DNA of 58,068 nt from Octopus bimaculoides (taxonomy: Eukaryota): NCBI RefSeq assembly GCF_001194135.2, contig NC_068985.1, forward strand, positions 9,629,894 to 9,687,961. The letters are read 5' to 3'. Below are positions 53,523-58,068 of this stretch, piece after piece. The number at the start of each line of letters is the position of its first letter. The first letter of the stretch is position 1. Both the position numbers and the translations under genes were made by a program. The notes below the pieces were generated by a model. That model made no database searches and had not been told where the DNA came from. It was given only the letters and a program-made list of their open reading frames with translations.

Positions 53523-53672
53523 AGATGCTCCATGGAGTAGAACACGCCTCCCTTGTTTCATTAGATAAATATTATGAAAGAGATTCCGATATGAACACTC
53601 TGGACTTTTAAAAGAGATGATGAGGTTAGTAGTAATGAAGAAGCAGAACAGTAAACAGACAAACGTTTTCAT
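53523..53672 (-). CDS. Candidate first coding exon with signal-peptide-like start (MKTFVCLLFCFFITTNLIIS...)
   Basis: Strong acceptor tattctctttatttctcttacgttgctgacatttttgctgcag (exon start 53743), ATG at 53672, possible donor TCT|GTCAGT at 53523; upstream donor AAG|GTAAGC at 53914. Confidence 0.3.
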
Positions 53673-53899
53673 TCGGAAACGATGCGTAAAATGGCAAATA
53701 GTGATTTGTGATTAAAGATCGAACATCGAATTGTGAACAACAACTGCAGCAAAAATGTCAGCAACGTAAGAGAAATAAAGAGAATATATGTGTGTGTGAT
53801 TGGGAAATATAACTCAGATTTTAGATAAGATTTATATTTTGTTGGTATATACCGTTTATATCAATGGAAGAATAAAAAGTGTGGAGCGGGGTGAGGGAT

Positions 53900-54700
53900 A
53901 GATAAAGGCTTACCTTTCAAAGGGTATAATAATGATGATAATAATAATAATTCCATAGGTAAGTGGTTGAAGAGGCGGGGTCCATCCCCACAAGTCGTGA
54001 GACGTTCATAATAAACAAAACACCTTCAGTGAAAAGATGTCTTGTCTCAATGTGTGTCTCTCTCTCTTTCCTTTGCAAGAATCTAATATTTGAAATGTTC
54101 CAAGTAGCGCCGTCTTGCGGTGATCAGAAATGCACAACCACCACACACACACAACCGCGCCCACTTCTACAAGACACAATAATAATAATAACAATGGCAC
54201 AGAAAAGCTTTCGATATTAGCAGCAATGACATCGATAAAGAAGACGGCTAAAACCGTCGATTATGTTTATTTGTTTAGCTATAGAGACGAATGTTTTTTA
54301 TATAATATATACATATTCCACATCGTATCCAGTTGATCGCCTGTAGAGGAATCTAGCGTACATCCATTCGAACAGGTTTGGATTGAAATGCTTAATTAAA
54401 AGGCCTGATGGCAAAGAAGCAGGTTCGAGATTTGCCAGTATCAAGGTAGGTAACTCTGGATGCAATAGTATTACTCTCAAGTTAAAGTCGCTTACTATTA
54501 AAAATTTGTGGGAGCAATTGGTTTCGTTTGTTACACTTTCGTTTCATTTTTATTTAAATTTGCTTTTACTTTTTATATCACATGCTAATTTCAGAAAACG
54601 AACCAATGGAAGGAAATGACTATAGACATCTTTTTGCGATTATAAAAATGAGATAATGAAAGTAAAGGAAGTCAAATGACCAGGTTGTTAGCGAAAGATT
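53900..54700. promoter_or_regulatory. CpG-retaining non-repeat segment, candidate promoter/first-exon region
   Basis: CpG visibly more frequent than in most of the window (not quantified); strong splice donors on both strands. Confidence 0.25.
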
Positions 54701-55203
54701 TCGATAGTTAATAATGTACGTTATTGACAGTACAAAATAATAATTCTATAGTATTAATGATGTCCATTATTAGATACCAACAACATTAGAAGCAATAACA
54801 ATCTTATAGAATAATAACAGAGTAAATGTAAGCATAAAATATATTTGTATGAAACAACAGTTTTAATTGCTACACGGACTATTCCAAGATGTAAATTTTA
54901 TAATCCCGATACTTGATCTCACAGACCGAGAAATCATGAATTGCTTTCAAAATTACATCGGAAAGATGTAACATACGTAGTAGGCCACTAGCGGAATAAT
55001 TTATGTTCAGTGTTACTGTTTGTAGTTATTTTATTCAATGGTTGATGCTCTTGAGAACTGTATCAACTACTACTCCAATACTATTAGTTTCCTTGCCACT
55101 CTGATCGTGGCTATCACTGATCACAAATAGAGCAATTGATTCTAGCTATCACTGTAGTGTGCGTGTGTATATACACACACACACACACATGTATATATAT
55201 AAA

Positions 55204-56748
55204 CAGGGTGTGTAAGATATTTGAGGATAGATTTATGTTTATAAAAAAAACAATAACAAATAACTTTATTTATCAAAAAATGCTATGAGGATGGAAATAA
55301 ACCTTTTCTATAATGCTATTCAATAAAGCCACCTTCACCTTAACTGCTTCTATATAGTAGGTCTAAATCATCTCCATGCTTGAATCAAGTGGTCCTGGTT
55401 CATTTTGGACATTACTCTGACTATGGCAGCTTTCAAAGAATCTTTGGTGTTTATGGGCGTGTTCATTAACCTCTCTCTCAACAATGTTCCAATGGATTGT
55501 AATAGTCCAATGGATTGAGATCTGGGGAATTAGGAGGCCAAATGTTAGGGGTTATGTGATCATGGAAATTTTCAGCCATCCATTCCTGTGTTACAAGAGC
55601 CATGTGTGATAGTGCAGAGTCTTACTGAAACACATATGGCCTTTCATTGCATACACTGTCTATCCAGGGCTTAACAATTATTTTCAGGACCTCAATGTAG
55701 GTGGCAGAGTTAACTCTAAGGCCTTGTGGAAAGAAGTAAGGAGGCATCACATGTCCGTCGTTGCTGACAACCCCTAAAACCATGACAGTTGCAGGAANNN
55801 NNNNNNNGAGATCTGGGGAATTAGGAGGCCAAATGTTAGGGGTTATGTGATCATGGAAATTTTCAGCCATCCATTCCTGTGTTACAAGAGCCATGTGTGA
55901 TAGTGCAGAGTCTTACTGAAACACATATGGCCTTTCATTGCATACACTGTCTATCCAGGGCTTAACAATTATTTTCAGGACCTCAATGTAGGTGGCAGAG
56001 TTAACTCTAAGGCCTTGTGGAAAGAAGTAAGGAGGCATCACATGTCCGTCGTTGCTGACAACCCCTAAAACCATGACAGTTGCAGGAAATTTTGTATGCA
56101 TAACACTATGAACTTCAGAAGGGTCTGCACATAACCATTTGTTATTTCTTCTGTTACTTTTTGATCTTGGTTGAAGTTTTTCTTGTTTGAGAAAAACCAA
56201 ATGATATCTTCTTCTGCTGAACTTTTCAGTTTGTTTCAGAGCCTTTTAGATCTGATGTAGTGATTTTCTGTTGCTTTTTCTGACAAATTGGCCTTTCCTC
56301 ATCATATATGACTTATATCTGATGTGTTCATGGACAACATTTCTGACTGTCCCTTCTGACACATGGAGATCTTTTGCAATTACCTCATGGATTTTCTGGG
56401 ATTCTAATCAATGGTCTGTTGAACTTGCTGGATTATTCAGGTGGTCTGATGATTTCAGAGTGTTTAGAATGTTTTTTATGCTTTGATACTGGTGATACGT
56501 TTCCAATTTCAGTCTCTAAATCCTTACAAAATTTGTAGACAAAAGGTCTGGCAACTTTTAAAAATTGAAATATTTCTAAATGGCTATGCTCAGCCTATTA
56601 TAACTACAATAACAGCATGCCACTTCAATTCTTGAGTAAGCTGAGGGTCTGCCGTTATTATTTTCTGAAACAAAGATTATACAGAGTTAGCAAAAAATGC
56701 AGCAATGACACAAAAATGTTATGTCCTCAAATACCTTACACACCCTTG
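55204..56748 (-). mobile_element. Full-length but inactive DD37D (maT) Tc1/mariner element
   Basis: TIRs cagggtgtgtaagatatttgagga (55204) and tcctcaaataccttacacacccttg (56724-56748). Motifs VMVLGVVSNDG, YVFQ*DSA and WPPNSPDLNPLDY, with 37 residues between the last two Asp. The first catalytic Asp reads Asn (FSNKKNF); stops and frameshifts present. Confidence 0.92.
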
Positions 56749-57430
56749 ACTGGCCTTCGTAGGATTTTCGAGCGAGATCGTTGCCAGTGCCCCTGAACTG
56801 GCTCTTGTGTGGGTGGCACATAAAATACACCATTTTGAGCGTGGCCGTTGTCAGTACCGCCTGACTGGCCTTCGTGCGGGTGACACGTAAAAGCACCCAC
56901 TACACTCTCTGAGTGGTTGGTGTTAGGAAGGGCATCAGATTGGAGCCTGGTGTTGCCATCCGGTTTCACCAGTCCTCAGTCAAATCGTCCAACTCATGCT
57001 AGCATGGAAANNNNNNNNNNNNNNNNNNNNNNNNNNNNNNNNNNNNNNNNNNNNNNNNNNNNNNNNNNNNNNNNNNNNNNNNNNNNNNNNNNNNNNNNNN
57101 NNNNNNNNNNNNNNNNNNNNNNNNNNNNNNNNNNNNNNNNNNNNNNNNNNNNNNNNNNNNNNNNNNNNNNNNNNNNNNNNNNNNNNNNNNNNNNNNNNNN
57201 NNNNNNNNNNNNNNNNNNNNNNNNNNNNNNNNNNNNNNNNNNNNNNNNNNNNNNNNNNNNNNNNNNNNNNNNNNNNNNNNNNNNNNNNNNNNNNNNNNNN
57301 NNNNNNNNNNNNNNNNNNNNNNATATATATATATATATATAGTTGGAATTTACAAAAAAACAAAAGATAAAGACAGGTGTATAAACAACAAACAGGTGTA
57401 TCAGTTTAACGCTCGAGAAAGTGAGAAAGT

Positions 57431-57466
57431 CTTTTACGTTTCGAGCCTACGCTCTTCAACAGAAAG
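57431..57466 (-). ncRNA. Degenerate minimal hammerhead motif, A6>U
   Basis: CUUU CUGUUGA A GAGC GUAG GCUC GAAA CG UA AAAG; same family as 41069. Confidence 0.45.
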
Positions 57467-57674
57467 GAACATGAGAAAATAAACAGAGAGAGAATAAAAA
57501 AAGCTTTTGTGGCTAGTGGTCAATCATAGCGATGGCCGGACAGAGGTGGTCAGACAAGAGAGCTAGGAAGAAGGCTAAAACGATGCAAAGAGCATTGTGA
57601 CCAGCAAGGTATAACACCATCCAGTTGCCTGGTCAGTCACATGATCACATGATATATATATATATACACACAAT

Positions 57675-58010
57675 GGGCTTCTTTTAGTTTCCATCTGCCA
57701 AATCCATTCACAAGGCTTTGGTCAGCCTGAGGCTAGAGTAGAAAACACTTGTTCAAGGTGCCACACAGTAGGACTGAACCCAGGACCATGTGATTCAAAA
57801 CCAAACTTCTTACTACATAGCCAGCAGACTCATTTCTTTCAGCAATAGGCACAGGAGTGGCTATGTGGTAAGTAGCTTGCTTTGCAACCACATGGTTCTG
57901 GGTTCCGTCACACTGCATGGCACCTTGGCCAAGCATCTACTATAGCCTCGGACTGACTAAAGCCTTGTGAGTGGATTCGGTAGATGGAAACTGAAAGAAG
58001 CCTGTCGTAT
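57675..58010. mobile_element. Two family A SINE heads in divergent orientation
   Basis: Minus head 57675-57825 and plus head 57848-58010. Confidence 0.85.
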
Positions 58011-58035
58011 ATATATATACATATATATATATATG

Positions 58036-58068
<33 letters not shown>

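Noticed and set aside
55517-56088. Apparent tandem duplication inside the mariner transposase
   Set aside because: The two copies of about 280 bp look identical and are separated by an 11-N gap, typical of unmerged overlapping contig ends. Removing one gives a normal element of about 1.26 kb.

Overview
Eukaryotic animal DNA: AT-rich, dominated by repeats and microsatellites, with many N gaps. The SINE, MITE and LINE families match what I recognise from octopus genomes (recognition, not a database hit). No protein-coding gene can be named. Most of the window is tRNA-derived SINEs (at least 4 families), RTE-related short elements, RTE and R4/NeSL-type LINE remnants, TTAA (piggyBac-type) MITEs and two decayed DD37D (maT) mariner elements. 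The main structural signal is nine minimal type I hammerhead-ribozyme-like motifs from at least five sequence families. Most have a palindromic stem III of the dimer-dependent Penelope-like type. One lies downstream of a tRNA-derived Pol III SINE head, two unrelated families share a CCGACGA (U4C) core, and one is overlapped by a perfect 29-bp hairpin that would block its folding. Also present: a 125-bp-arm foldback insertion with an 8-9-bp TSD nested in a mariner, a 189-bp MITE with a 9-bp TSD and TTAGGG repeats, and a compound-microsatellite insert with a 20-bp TSD. Coding candidates are a frame-preserving 24-bp minisatellite and a possible 5' end of a secreted-protein gene in a CpG-retaining domain near 54 kb. 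Exon calls are low confidence. All coordinates were counted by eye and repeat boundaries are approximate.
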